Below, in pieces: positions 8,834 through 20,661 of a stretch of 64,000 nt of DNA (its first letter is position 1; each line of letters begins with the position of its first letter). The stretch is from Roseibium sp. (GTDB lineage: Bacteria > Pseudomonadota > Alphaproteobacteria > Rhizobiales > Stappiaceae), in NCBI RefSeq assembly GCF_965232425.1, contig NZ_OZ246971.1, forward strand, positions 3,233,436 to 3,297,435. Direction: 5' to 3'. The notes beneath the pieces are model-generated. The model was given only the letters and a program-made list of their open reading frames with translations, had not been told where the DNA came from and searched no databases. The translations under genes and the position numbers were made by a program.

Positions 8834-10327
8834 ATGGCCGGATGTGTTTTGGCGATAGACCAGGGCACAACGTCAAGCCGTGCGATCGTCTTCGACGACG
8901 GCTTCAGCCCCATCAGTGTTGGACAGCAGGAGTTTCCGCAACATTTTCCGAAATCCGGCTGGGTGGAGCATTCGCCGTCGGATATCTGGACCAGCACACT
9001 GCGGGTCTGCCGCGAGGCGATGGAAAAAGCCCCGGACCAGGGCGCAGGCGTTGCGGCGATCGGGATCACCAACCAGCGCGAAACGACGCTTATCTGGGAC
9101 AGGTCGACCGGTGAACCGGTCTACAACGCCATCGTCTGGCAGGACCGGCGAACCTCGGAATTCTGCGCAGGATTGCGGGAACAGGGGCTGGAGGAGACGT
9201 TCACCGCCAAGACCGGTCTGCTGCTTGATCCCTATTTCTCCGGAACGAAGATCGCCTGGCTGCTCGACAATGTCGACGGAGTGCGGGCGCGTGCGGAACG
9301 GGGCGAACTCGCGTTCGGAACCGTGGACACCTGGCTGATCTGGCAGTTGACCGGCGGCACTGTCCACGTGACCGATGCGACCAATGCTGCGCGTACGCTG
9401 ATCTACAATATTCACGAAAACCGCTGGGACGAGGACCTTTGCAAGGTGCTCAACATCCCGCTGAGCCTCTTGCCAGAGGTCAAGGATAGCGCCGACGAGT
9501 TCGGTGCGACCGATGCGGAGCTGTTCGGCAGGCCGATCCCGATCCTGGGTGTCGCCGGCGACCAGCAGGCCGCGACGGTCGGCCAGGCCTGTTTCAAGCC
9601 GGGCATGGTGAAATCGACCTACGGCACGGGCTGCTTCGCGCTCATGAACACGGGCGAAACGGCGGTGCGCTCGCACAACCGGATGCTGACGACGATCGCC
9701 TACCGGCTGAACGGCAAAACCACCTATGCCCTGGAAGGATCGATCTTCGTTGCCGGCGCAGCAGTGCAATGGCTGCGCGACGGGCTTGGCCTGATCGACA
9801 GTGCGGAGCAGACACAGTCGCTTGCCGAACAGGCAGACCCGAACCACGACGTCTACCTGGTGCCGGCATTTGTCGGGCTGGGTGCGCCCTATTGGGACGC
9901 AGATGCCCGCGGTGCGATGTTCGGCCTGACGCGCAATACCGGGCCGAAGGAAATCGCACGCGCCGTTCTGCAAAGTGTCGGATACCAGACCAGCGATCTG
10001 GTCGATGCCATGCGGGCCGACTGGTCGGATGCGGAAAAGCCGGTTCTGCGCGTGGACGGGGGCATGACCGCTTCGGACTGGACCATGCAGTTCCTGGCCG
10101 ACATCCTCGGTGCGCCGGTCGACCGTCCGACCGTTGCGGAAACGACGGCACTCGGGTCTGCCTGGCTGGCAGGCTCGAAGGCGGGAATATGGCCCGGTGA
10201 GGAGGCATTCTCCGCGCAATGGCAGCTGGAAAGGCGCTTCGAACCCAAACTGTCAGAGGCAGATCGAAAACGGCTTCTGGCCGGGTGGAAGGACGCGGTC
10301 ACGCGTACCCGAACCAGCACCGACTGA
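8834..10327 (+). CDS. glpK: Glycerol kinase
   Basis: 497 aa with the FGGY kinase motifs [28 protein letters not shown] and YGTGCF. GGGAGGTG RBS upstream. Confidence 0.92.
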   Translation: MAGCVLAIDQGTTSSRAIVFDDGFSPISVGQQEFPQHFPKSGWVEHSPSDIWTSTLRVCREAMEKAPDQGAGVAAIGITNQRETTLIWDRSTGEPVYNAIVWQDRRTSEFCAGLREQGLEETFTAKTGLLLDPYFSGTKIAWLLDNVDGVRARAERGELAFGTVDTWLIWQLTGGTVHVTDATNAARTLIYNIHENRWDEDLCKVLNIPLSLLPEVKDSADEFGATDAELFGRPIPILGVAGDQQAATVGQACFKPGMVKSTYGTGCFALMNTGETAVRSHNRMLTTIAYRLNGKTTYALEGSIFVAGAAVQWLRDGLGLIDSAEQTQSLAEQADPNHDVYLVPAFVGLGAPYWDADARGAMFGLTRNTGPKEIARAVLQSVGYQTSDLVDAMRADWSDAEKPVLRVDGGMTASDWTMQFLADILGAPVDRPTVAETTALGSAWLAGSKAGIWPGEEAFSAQWQLERRFEPKLSEADRKRLLAGWKDAVTRTRTSTD

Positions 10328-10490
10328 TCAGACAAAGGCTCCCGCTCAGGCGGAAGCTTTTTCTTTGGGGCGACGGTGCAGACGCCGCGGCCGGAACCTT
10401 CGCCTTGTTTCCCCATGACTTTTCCGCCACCCTTTCCGTCTTGCGCATGGGGAGATCGCCCCTGTGCGGACGTTTTGGTGTGGGGGCGCC

Positions 10491-11831
10491 ATGCAGATGA
10501 TCGGCGAGGCGAATCGGAAGTGGTGGCTGCTTGGGGCCGTCAGCTGCGTGCTCGGACTGGTGCTCCTGGACGAGACCGTCGTCGGGATCGCGCTGCCCTC
10601 CATCCAGGAAACCTTTTCGCTGTCCAGCAATGAAGCGCACTGGATCGTCAACGCCTATCTGCTGACACTCGCCTGTTTCGTCGCCGTCGGCGGCAAGCTC
10701 GGCGATCTGTTCGGCATCCTGCGCATGTTCCTCCTCGGACTGGCGACATTCGGCGTCTTCTCGGTTGTCTGCGGCTTCGCGCCATCCGGTGAGGTGCTGA
10801 TTATCGCGCGTGCCTTTCAGGGGCTCGGGGCCGCGGTGATGTTTCCGCTGTTCATGGCCATGGTGACCATGACCTTCCCGAAGGAACAGCACGGGATGGC
10901 GCTGGCGGTCACCGGGTCCGTCGGGACCATCTTTCTTTCCCTCGGCCCGCTAGCCGGTGGTGCGTTCACCGAATTCCTGAGCTGGCGCTGGATCTTCTGG
11001 ATCAATCCGTTCCTGGTGATCGGGATCGCGATTGTCGTCACGCTCACCTGGCGCGACGTCGAGCGGCCGCCCGGACGGCGCATCGACTGGACGGGACTGG
11101 TGCTGATTGCGATCGGGATGTTCTGCATTGTCTTTGCGCTCATGGAGGCCGATGACTGGGGCTGGGAAAGCCCGCTGATCTGGTTTCTGCTTCTTTGCGG
11201 CGGGATTATGCTTGGCGCGTTCTGCATGTTTGAACTGCGGCAGGAGGCACCGCTCATTGAAGTCGACCTCTTCACCAACCCGGTGTTCTCCGCGAGCAAC
11301 GTGAACCTGTTCATGGCGCAATACGCCAAGATGCCGATCTTCGTCTTCATGGCCCTTTATGCGCAGACGGAATTGAAACTCAGTGCGCTGGCCGCCGGGT
11401 TCCTGATCGTGCTGACCCCGATCCCGCAGCCGTTTGTCGCCGCCTATTGCGGGCGGCTTGTCGGCAGGACGCATCCGCGCAAGCTTGCCTTTGTCGGCCA
11501 TCTGCTTCTGTTCGCGTGTCTGCTCTGGCTGTTTCTGGTCGCGCCGCTGAACAACATCTACCTGATTGCGCCGGGTCTGCTGGTTGCGGGCGTCGCCTTT
11601 CCGTTTCTCTTTCTGCCGAGCCGGGCCGCCATCATGGGTTCGCTTCCCGAATACAAGCACGGGCAGGGCGGCGGCATCGCGATGGCGGCACAGATGATCG
11701 GCGGCACGGTCGGCCTGTCGGCCTCAAGCGCAGCCTTTGCCATCGGTGGTTACGAAGCCGTCCTTGGCCTGGCAGCCCTGCTGGTCGCACTCGCCTTCGT
11801 CTACGCGCTCATCGCCTACCGGAAGGTCTGA
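10491..11831 (+). CDS. MFS transporter (multi-TM drug:H+ antiporter-like)
   Basis: Multi-TM protein with the MFS motif region LPSIQETFSLSSNEAHWIVNAYLLTLACFVAVGGKLGDLFG. ATG at 10491 (an alternative GTG lies at 10464). Confidence 0.8.
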   Translation: MQMIGEANRKWWLLGAVSCVLGLVLLDETVVGIALPSIQETFSLSSNEAHWIVNAYLLTLACFVAVGGKLGDLFGILRMFLLGLATFGVFSVVCGFAPSGEVLIIARAFQGLGAAVMFPLFMAMVTMTFPKEQHGMALAVTGSVGTIFLSLGPLAGGAFTEFLSWRWIFWINPFLVIGIAIVVTLTWRDVERPPGRRIDWTGLVLIAIGMFCIVFALMEADDWGWESPLIWFLLLCGGIMLGAFCMFELRQEAPLIEVDLFTNPVFSASNVNLFMAQYAKMPIFVFMALYAQTELKLSALAAGFLIVLTPIPQPFVAAYCGRLVGRTHPRKLAFVGHLLLFACLLWLFLVAPLNNIYLIAPGLLVAGVAFPFLFLPSRAAIMGSLPEYKHGQGGGIAMAAQMIGGTVGLSASSAAFAIGGYEAVLGLAALLVALAFVYALIAYRKV

Positions 11832-11904
11832 TGCGCCGGGCCAATCAACAGGCAGGATTGGAAAAGGCTGTTGAATATTTCGTTATTTCGAGTATTCTCG
11901 AATT

Positions 11905-12258
11905 ATGGAAAAAGACGACGCCCTGAATGCACTGGCCGCCCTTGGACAGGAAACACGCCTCGAGGTCTTTCGCCTTCTGGTGAAAGCCGGAAAAGAGGGC
12001 ATGTCCGCCGGTGCCATATCAGACGCACTCGACGTTCGTCCGAACACCCTGTCGACCCATCTTGGCGCCCTGTCGCGGGCCGGTCTTGTGCAGGCCGAAC
12101 GCGACGGGCGCTCCATTCACTACAGTGCGGAGCTGGCGACCATGCAGCATCTGGTGACCTATCTCCTGCAGGACTGCTGCGGTGGAAACCCGGACCTGTG
12201 TGCGCCAATCGCCAATCTGTTCTCTTCCAGTTCGTGCTCGGAAACAAAGGGTTTCTGA
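11905..12258 (+). CDS. arsR: ArsR/SmtB-family metalloregulator with a C-terminal Cys-Cys-x5-Cys cluster
   Basis: Winged HTH (ALGQETRLEVFRLLVKAGKEGMSAGAISDALDVRPNTLSTHLGALSRAGLV). The cysteines DCCGGNPDLC fall at residues 91, 92 and 98. Directly upstream of arsC and an aquaglyceroporin. Confidence 0.8.
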   Translation: MEKDDALNALAALGQETRLEVFRLLVKAGKEGMSAGAISDALDVRPNTLSTHLGALSRAGLVQAERDGRSIHYSAELATMQHLVTYLLQDCCGGNPDLCAPIANLFSSSSCSETKGF

Positions 12259-12286
12259 AGCCAGGTTCCAGGCGGTCAATCCGACA

Positions 12287-12775
12287 ATGCGCAATGCCTT
12301 GATATTATGTACGGCGAATTCCGCCCGCTCGGTGCTCGGGGAGGCGCTGCTGCGCCATCTCGGCAAGGGCCGGTTCGCGACCTTCTCAGCCGGCTCGACC
12401 CCAAGGGGCACGGTCAATCCCGACGCGCTGACCTGTCTTGAACGGCACGGGCTTTCCGCCGAAGGGTTCCGGTCCAAGAGCTGGGAAGAGTTCGCGGGCG
12501 CGGATGCGCCGAAAATGGATCTGATCATTACCGTCTGCGACAACGCGGCCGGCGAAGCCTGCCCGGTCTGGCCCGGCCACCCGATGGTCGTGCACTGGGG
12601 CATTCCCGACCCGGCCTCTGTTGAAGGCGACGATGATGCGCGCGGCGCGGCCTTCGACCTGGCCTATCAAAGGCTGGAACGGCGGATCAACGCCATGCTC
12701 GCACTTGGCGACGATGTCTTTGAGGCCGAGGACGGCAAAAGCAGACTGGCGGCCATCGGCGCCACATCCGACTAA
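12287..12775 (+). CDS. arsC: Arsenate reductase, LMW-PTPase type
   Basis: P-loop CTANSARS (CX5R-S) near the N-terminus and a downstream Cys pair VCDNAAGEAC. ATG at 12287; the ORF-track start at 12182 overlaps arsR. Confidence 0.8.
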   Translation: MRNALILCTANSARSVLGEALLRHLGKGRFATFSAGSTPRGTVNPDALTCLERHGLSAEGFRSKSWEEFAGADAPKMDLIITVCDNAAGEACPVWPGHPMVVHWGIPDPASVEGDDDARGAAFDLAYQRLERRINAMLALGDDVFEAEDGKSRLAAIGATSD

Positions 12776-12789
12776 CCGGGGTTTCCTTC

Positions 12790-13482
12790 ATGTCAGAATT
12801 CAGTTTGAACCGACGCCTGACCGCCGAGGCGCTTGGGACCGCAATGCTCGTCGGTACGGTGGTCGGATCGGGGATCATGGCCGACAGGCTCTCCGACGAT
12901 GTCGCCGTTTCGCTGCTCGGTAATACCATCCCGACCGGCGCCATCCTGGTCGTGTTGATCACGATCCTCGGGCCGATTTCCGGCGCGCATTTCAACCCGG
13001 CCGTGACCTTCGTTTTCTGGCTGAAACGCAACCTGACCCTGACGGTCGGCCTCAGCTACATCGCGGCCCAGATCGCCGGCGGTATATGCGGCACGCTCAT
13101 CGCCCACGTGATGTTCGAGGAAGCGGTTCTTCAGGCCTCGACGACGGCCCGGACCGGGCCTGCGCAATGGGTGGCGGAAATCGTCGCGACGTTCGGCCTG
13201 CTGGCCAGCATCCTGGCCGGTATCCGGTTTCGCGAAGCCGCCGTGCCCTGGCTGGTCGGCCTCTACATTACTGCGGCCTACTGGTTCACCGCGTCGACCT
13301 CCTTCGCCAACCCGGCTGTCGCGATCTCGCGCGCGTTCACCGACACGTTCGCGGGCATTCGGCCCATCGACCTGCCGGGTTTCATCGTTGCGGAATTCAT
13401 TGGAGCTGCGCTGGCACTTGCCCTGTTCTCCTGGCTTCTGACTTCGGAAAAGTCCGCCGAACAGGACGCTGTCAGGTCGTAA
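12790..13482 (+). CDS. MIP-family aquaglyceroporin (AqpS-like arsenite channel candidate)
   Basis: 230 aa with six TM segments and two NPA motifs (GAHFNPAVTF and SFANPAVAIS). Located in an ars cluster. Confidence 0.8.
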   Translation: MSEFSLNRRLTAEALGTAMLVGTVVGSGIMADRLSDDVAVSLLGNTIPTGAILVVLITILGPISGAHFNPAVTFVFWLKRNLTLTVGLSYIAAQIAGGICGTLIAHVMFEEAVLQASTTARTGPAQWVAEIVATFGLLASILAGIRFREAAVPWLVGLYITAAYWFTASTSFANPAVAISRAFTDTFAGIRPIDLPGFIVAEFIGAALALALFSWLLTSEKSAEQDAVRS

Positions 13483-13493
13483 AGGGCGCCGGT

Positions 13494-13931
13494 TCAAAGA
13501 TCCTTCTTCATGAACCAGCGCCGGTGATCCGGCAGGGACTGACCGCGCAGATTGCCGAGAATGCCGAAATCCTCGTAGCCGAGTTTCTGATAGAACCTGT
13601 GCGCGTCCGGACTGGATGTGTCCAGCCAGGCTGCATGGCAGCCAAGACGGCGCGCCTCATGTTCGGCGAGCTCCACAAGCCGGGCGCCGAGACCTGCGCC
13701 GCGCACGCTGTCATCCACCCAGAGCGTCTTGATCAGGAGCCAGTGATAGGACGTGCCTGCGGTCAGACCACCGAGAAGCTTGCCCTTGTCATCGGTTGCC
13801 TTGAGTACGAAGGCCTCGTTGTCCGATTGCTCGTTTTCCTCGGCCAATGCGTGGAGCAGACGGTCTTCGACGGTTGCGGTAATCGCCGCCCTGTCCTTTT
13901 CATCCGCAAACGAGATCTCGACGTAACTCAT
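13494..13931 (-). CDS. GNAT-family N-acetyltransferase
   Basis: 145 aa with the acetyl-CoA-binding region LWVDDSVRGAGLGARLVELAEHEARRLGC...FYQKLGY. Confidence 0.75.
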   Translation of the reverse strand: MSYVEISFADEKDRAAITATVEDRLLHALAEENEQSDNEAFVLKATDDKGKLLGGLTAGTSYHWLLIKTLWVDDSVRGAGLGARLVELAEHEARRLGCHAAWLDTSSPDAHRFYQKLGYEDFGILGNLRGQSLPDHRRWFMKKDL

Positions 13932-14030
13932 GCCTTAACGCCACTCAGCCGACCATAGAGGGGCAATTTCAACCGGTCGCTTGAGCTGCGTCAACTTTTG
14001 AGCGGTTTCCGTGCTGCCGGGCGTGCCCCG

Positions 14031-14717
14031 TCAGATCGCCTGCATCGGCGACTTGCGCTTCTTGCGGTAGCGCTTGTCGAGGCGCAGCGTGACGATGGCA
14101 AAGACGATCCAGCTGGTGTGGAAGATCACGCCGGCAAGGAAGACGAGATAGCCGGGCACGGGGCCGATCGCGGCACGCTCGAAGGCCTCGGATAGCTCAG
14201 TCAGGGGAACGGGGTGAATGGCGAGCTTGCCGAAATAGGCAACGGCCTGGATGGCGAGGATCCAGGAATAATTGCTGCGCAGGCGCCGTCCGGCAGCGCG
14301 GACGAGACTGATGTGATAGTGCGGCGTTTCGTAGTCGTCGGCGAGGAGTTTTGCCCAGTCGCCGCTCCAGGGCACCTTTTTTCCGTAGAGGATCGGGGCG
14401 TAGAAATCGGATTCCATCAGCCGGGCGCGGGCACGGAACATGTTGTAGTAGCGGTAGCGCCTCGCCTCGAAGATCAGGAAGACAGTGACCAGCAACCCGA
14501 CCAGCACCATCGGCAGCGGCGATGCCTCGCGATTGGCAAACGTGGCGGAAAGGGCGATGCCCGTCGTGACAACGGCCCAGTTGGTGGTGTTGTCCAGGCG
14601 CGTGCGCCAATGGGTACTGCGGAAAACCTCGGCCCGGTAAAGGTGGGCGAGCGCACCGATCGTGCCGGACTCGATATCCTGCTTCGGCCAGTCCTCCCTG
14701 GCATCTTCCTCCAACAT
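14031..14717 (-). CDS. DUF2270-like integral membrane protein
   Basis: 228 aa starting at MLEEDAREDWPKQ (ATG at 14717). The 82 extra N-terminal codons in the ORF track (up to 14963) read through repeat copy B and are not credible. Confidence 0.6.
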   Translation of the reverse strand: MLEEDAREDWPKQDIESGTIGALAHLYRAEVFRSTHWRTRLDNTTNWAVVTTGIALSATFANREASPLPMVLVGLLVTVFLIFEARRYRYYNMFRARARLMESDFYAPILYGKKVPWSGDWAKLLADDYETPHYHISLVRAAGRRLRSNYSWILAIQAVAYFGKLAIHPVPLTELSEAFERAAIGPVPGYLVFLAGVIFHTSWIVFAIVTLRLDKRYRKKRKSPMQAI

Positions 14718-14748
14718 GCCCTGTGCCTCGTCTGTTCGTTCTGCAAAA

Positions 14749-15018
14749 CTAGGGTGCGGACCCATAAATGAAGCCGATTTGGCGACATAAATGGCAAGAT
14801 CTCGCGAGGAAGCGTGTGCAGAGCGGGCTTTTTGCCCTGTCAAGCGCGGTGACGCTGCGAGGCGAAGCCATTTTGCCGTCCTTCGGATTTTGCCGTTTTG
14901 ACCTTCTGCATCGTCGCGAAAGGCTTGAAAATGAACCACATTTCCGGCGCTTCCGCTCCTCACAGCTGGTCAAAACGATCAAAACCAAATTGACTTCATT
15001 TTTGGGACCGTACCCTAG
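14749..15018 (+). mobile_element. MITE-like non-autonomous element, copy B (270 bp, same orientation as copy A)
   Basis: Aligns end to end with 2993-3262, with roughly nine-tenths identity by eye and the same terminal inverted repeats and CTAG ends. It sits between divergent genes (14717 minus strand, 15140 plus strand). Confidence 0.75.
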
Positions 15019-15139
15019 CCTTTGCCGCCGTCAGCGTCGAGCCTTCCCTTTCTTGTCGTCGGCCGGTGATCCAATTGTTGTTGTGTGGAAAAGCAATCTG
15101 TGGCCTAACGAAGATCCAGCCGCAACCCAGAGGTGATTC

Positions 15140-15901
15140 TTGAAGCCGGATCAGAACATTTTCACGCAAGCATTCTCGGCAATCGCCGGGTGCTGGACAT
15201 ATTTTTTCGGATTTATCGCGGCGATCTGGGTGCTTGAAACCGCCGGCATCGTTTACGACCTCGCCAACGCGTTGACGGTCGCACGGGCGCTGGTCGAATC
15301 CGGGATCGTTTTCTATCTTTGCGCGGCCTTGATGGGGCTGGATATCAAGTCCAAGGACATCAACAGGAAATACGGCGGCTTCATGCTTCGCTACATATTG
15401 CTGCTTTATCTGCCGGTCGTCGTGATCTCGCTGGTTGTCGTGTTCGGCGCCCTGTCCGTGTTTCCGGCCGGTTTGCAGGGGCAGGAGATCTTTCTTGTCT
15501 TCACGGTTCTGGCCGGTGCTGCCGTCGCCTTCCTGACCACGTTCCTGTTCGGCACGGTTTTTCCCGCGCATCTGAAGGGTGTCAGCGCCGGGATCGGACC
15601 AGCGGTGGGCCGGTCGCTCCGTCAAGCCGGATACCTGCTTCCGAGGCTTCTTTTCGGGTCCGGCGCCCTGGCGGGCCTTGCGGTGCTGATCCTGTTATTC
15701 GCCGAAAACGCGGGTATCGGTTCCGATGCCATAACGCCTGCGGGCGCACCGAATATTCCCGGAGGCATCGTCCTGCTGCTTGCCAAACTGGTGTCCGGCT
15801 ACGGGTTTGCCGTGTTTTCGGTCATTGTCTGCCGGGCCTACCTGAAGGACCTTGAAGAACGGGGCGAGTCGCCCGTCGCGGAAGCGGACGTCTTCGCCTG
15901 A
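15140..15901 (+). CDS. Hypothetical polytopic membrane protein (TTG start)
   Basis: 253-aa ORF with about six hydrophobic segments. AGAGGTG lies 5 nt upstream of the TTG. I recognise no family. Confidence 0.5.
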   Translation: MKPDQNIFTQAFSAIAGCWTYFFGFIAAIWVLETAGIVYDLANALTVARALVESGIVFYLCAALMGLDIKSKDINRKYGGFMLRYILLLYLPVVVISLVVVFGALSVFPAGLQGQEIFLVFTVLAGAAVAFLTTFLFGTVFPAHLKGVSAGIGPAVGRSLRQAGYLLPRLLFGSGALAGLAVLILLFAENAGIGSDAITPAGAPNIPGGIVLLLAKLVSGYGFAVFSVIVCRAYLKDLEERGESPVAEADVFA

Positions 15902-15904
15902 AGC

Positions 15905-18385
<2,481 letters not shown>

Positions 18386-18790
18386 GGTTGCTGCGTCTCA
18401 TGCATGGTCGGGTCCGAACGGTGCAAGATATGCCGCCTTGACCGGTCGGAAAAGAGATCCGGTTTCGCCGTCCACCGGCAATTTCCAGACGGGTAGAACG
18501 GTCGTTACCGTTTGCTCTCGAGACCTTGCTCAATACTGTTCCGTTCCGAACCAAGTCTGGAAACATCATGCAATCGGGACACACTTGCTGATTGTTTTTT
18601 GGAGTTCGCCGAACGAAATGCAACAAAATGCGGATTTTGCAGTACCTGATTGGCGCTATTCTTTTGCAAAGTTGTCGTGATCGACTTTAAGGTTGTGCAG
18701 CGTATAGGCATGCGTCGGGGGACGTGTACAGCTTCCGGACTGATCCGTGGTCGCGATCAACCGGCTGTGTGGCAAAAGGGAAAGCGCAAG

Positions 18791-19441
18791 ATGGCACGTG
18801 GACGGCCAAGGAAAATACAGGCCAAGGATGCCCTGCAATCCGTCATGGCCGCATTCTGGCAAAACGGGTACTCCGGCACGTCCATGAACGATCTCGCCGA
18901 AGCCTCGGGCATGGCGAAGCCTGGACTTTACGCGGCGTTCGGGGACAAGGAAGCCCTGTTCGAAAAAGCGCTGTTGCATTATTTCGAGACCTATGGCGGA
19001 CCCGTGTTCGCGCGGCTCCAGGAATCGCGGAAGCACGTGGTCGACGATTTCAGGGATTTCCTGGGAGCGATTGCGGACCTAACGCTGGACAGGAATACCC
19101 CCTCAGGCTGTTTTCTGGTCAACGCCATCGTCGACTGCACTTATGGCACCGAGCGCCACCGCGAGGTCGTGAACGGGCTGCGGGAATCCCGCTACGCGGC
19201 AATCCGGGACCGGCTGCTCAAGGCCGCGGCCGCCGGCGAAATGGCGCCCGACGCGGATATCGACAGTGCGGCGACCTTTCTTGACGGACAGTTTTCAGCC
19301 ATCGCGATGCTGGGACGGAGCGGCATCAGCGAACCAGACCTGAAGACCTTCGTCGAGACGGGATTGCGTGCCCTGCCGATCCGCGATCCGGAGACGGTTT
19401 TCGACGGCGACGCATTCAGCCTGCCTACTTTACGACAGTAA
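18791..19441 (+). CDS. TetR/AcrR-family transcriptional regulator
   Basis: MARGRPRKIQAKDALQSVMAAFWQNGYSGTSMNDLAEASGMAKPGLYAAFGDKEALF is a typical TetR HTH. ATG at 18791. Confidence 0.85.
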   Translation: MARGRPRKIQAKDALQSVMAAFWQNGYSGTSMNDLAEASGMAKPGLYAAFGDKEALFEKALLHYFETYGGPVFARLQESRKHVVDDFRDFLGAIADLTLDRNTPSGCFLVNAIVDCTYGTERHREVVNGLRESRYAAIRDRLLKAAAAGEMAPDADIDSAATFLDGQFSAIAMLGRSGISEPDLKTFVETGLRALPIRDPETVFDGDAFSLPTLRQ

Positions 19442-20546
19442 TGCGCTCGGCCGCGCGCGTGACGGCGGTGTAGAGCCAGCGGCTCTTGTGCTCCCGAAAC
19501 GCCCAGCTCTCGTCAAACAGGATGACGTCGTCCCATTGCGAGCCCTGTGCCTTGTGCACCGTGAGTGCATAGCCGTAGTCGAATTCGTCCGCCTTGCGCC
19601 GGATCGCATAGGGGATACTCTCCGCACCATCCTCGAACATGGCCGGCAGGACCTTCACCTTCACGGTGGTTCTGGCGATGTCTTCTTCCGAGACAACATC
19701 GAAGCGGAGCGTATTGCCGCGCGGCTGACGCAGCCGCTTGACCGCCCACAGGCCGCCGTTCAACAGGCCCTTGGTCTTGTCGTTGCGCAGGCAGACCAGC
19801 TTGTCGCCGACCGCCGGCATCGGTGTGGTGAAATTCTTGAGCTCGCGAATGCGGCCATTGTAAAGGCGCCGTGTCTTGTTGGTGCCGACCAGGACCTGAT
19901 CGGAGGAGAGGATCTGATCCTTGTCGATCTCGGTCCGGTGGATGACCTTGCTCTCGCCGTAGATGCCATAGTCCAGCTTGCCGCCATCCCGGATCGTCAT
20001 GGACATGCGGACGATCGGATTGTCCTGGGCCTGCCGGTGGACCTCGGTCAGCATGACGTCCGGCTCGGCCTCGGTGAAAAATCCGCCCCCCTTCACCGGT
20101 GGCAGCTGCGCGGGATCGCCAAGTACGAGAACAGGGGTGCCGAAGGACAGGAGGTCCTTGCCGAGTTCCTCGTCAACCATGGAGCACTCGTCAATCACGA
20201 TCAGTTTTGCGGTTGCGGCGGCGCTGTCCCGCTTGATGGCGAATTGCGGGCCACTGTCCTCTTCATCGTCGTCCAGGTCCACTTCTTCCTTGGCGGAGCG
20301 AGGGCGATAGATGAGGGAATGGATCGTACCGGCATCTTCGCAGCCCTTCTGCCGAAGGACATGGGCGGCCTTGCCGGTAAAGGCGCCGAAGCAGACATCA
20401 CCGTCGATGTCCTCGGCAAGGTGCCGCGCCAGGGTTGTCTTGCCGGTCCCGGCGTAGCCGAACAGCCGGAAGACCTGCCGGTCACCGCGCTTGAGCCACG
20501 CAGCGGCTTCGTTGAGTGCGTCGTCTTGTTGCGGGGACCAGGCCAC
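19425..20546 (-). CDS. Short SF1B RecD/Dda-like ATP-dependent DNA helicase
   Basis: 373 aa with Walker A GYAGTGKTT, Walker B VIDECSMV, LVLGDPAQLPPV and the C-terminal motif YALTVHKAQGSQWDDV. Its 3' end overlaps the TetR gene 3' end by 17 bp (convergent). Confidence 0.75.
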   Translation of the reverse strand: MAWSPQQDDALNEAAAWLKRGDRQVFRLFGYAGTGKTTLARHLAEDIDGDVCFGAFTGKAAHVLRQKGCEDAGTIHSLIYRPRSAKEEVDLDDDEEDSGPQFAIKRDSAAATAKLIVIDECSMVDEELGKDLLSFGTPVLVLGDPAQLPPVKGGGFFTEAEPDVMLTEVHRQAQDNPIVRMSMTIRDGGKLDYGIYGESKVIHRTEIDKDQILSSDQVLVGTNKTRRLYNGRIRELKNFTTPMPAVGDKLVCLRNDKTKGLLNGGLWAVKRLRQPRGNTLRFDVVSEEDIARTTVKVKVLPAMFEDGAESIPYAIRRKADEFDYGYALTVHKAQGSQWDDVILFDESWAFREHKSRWLYTAVTRAAERITVVK

Positions 20547-20661
20547 GGATGTGCTCCCGAGAATTGCGGACCCGGTTGCTTAACCTGATTTGTCCGATTC
20601 CTCCAAGCGCGAATTCCGGCCGGTACTTGATGCGCCGGCCCGCGATCCTAGGGTCAGGACC

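Noticed and set aside
14718-14963. N-terminal 82-codon extension of the DUF2270-like ORF
   Set aside because: The extension is simply read-through of repeat copy B. An internal ATG at 14717 gives a protein of the expected size and character.
18386-18790. Possible sRNA between tex and the TetR gene (weak hairpin plus a T6 run near 18575-18600)
   Set aside because: The stem has only 4-5 bp. There is no recognisable promoter and no similarity to any ncRNA family I know. The evidence is too weak to call.
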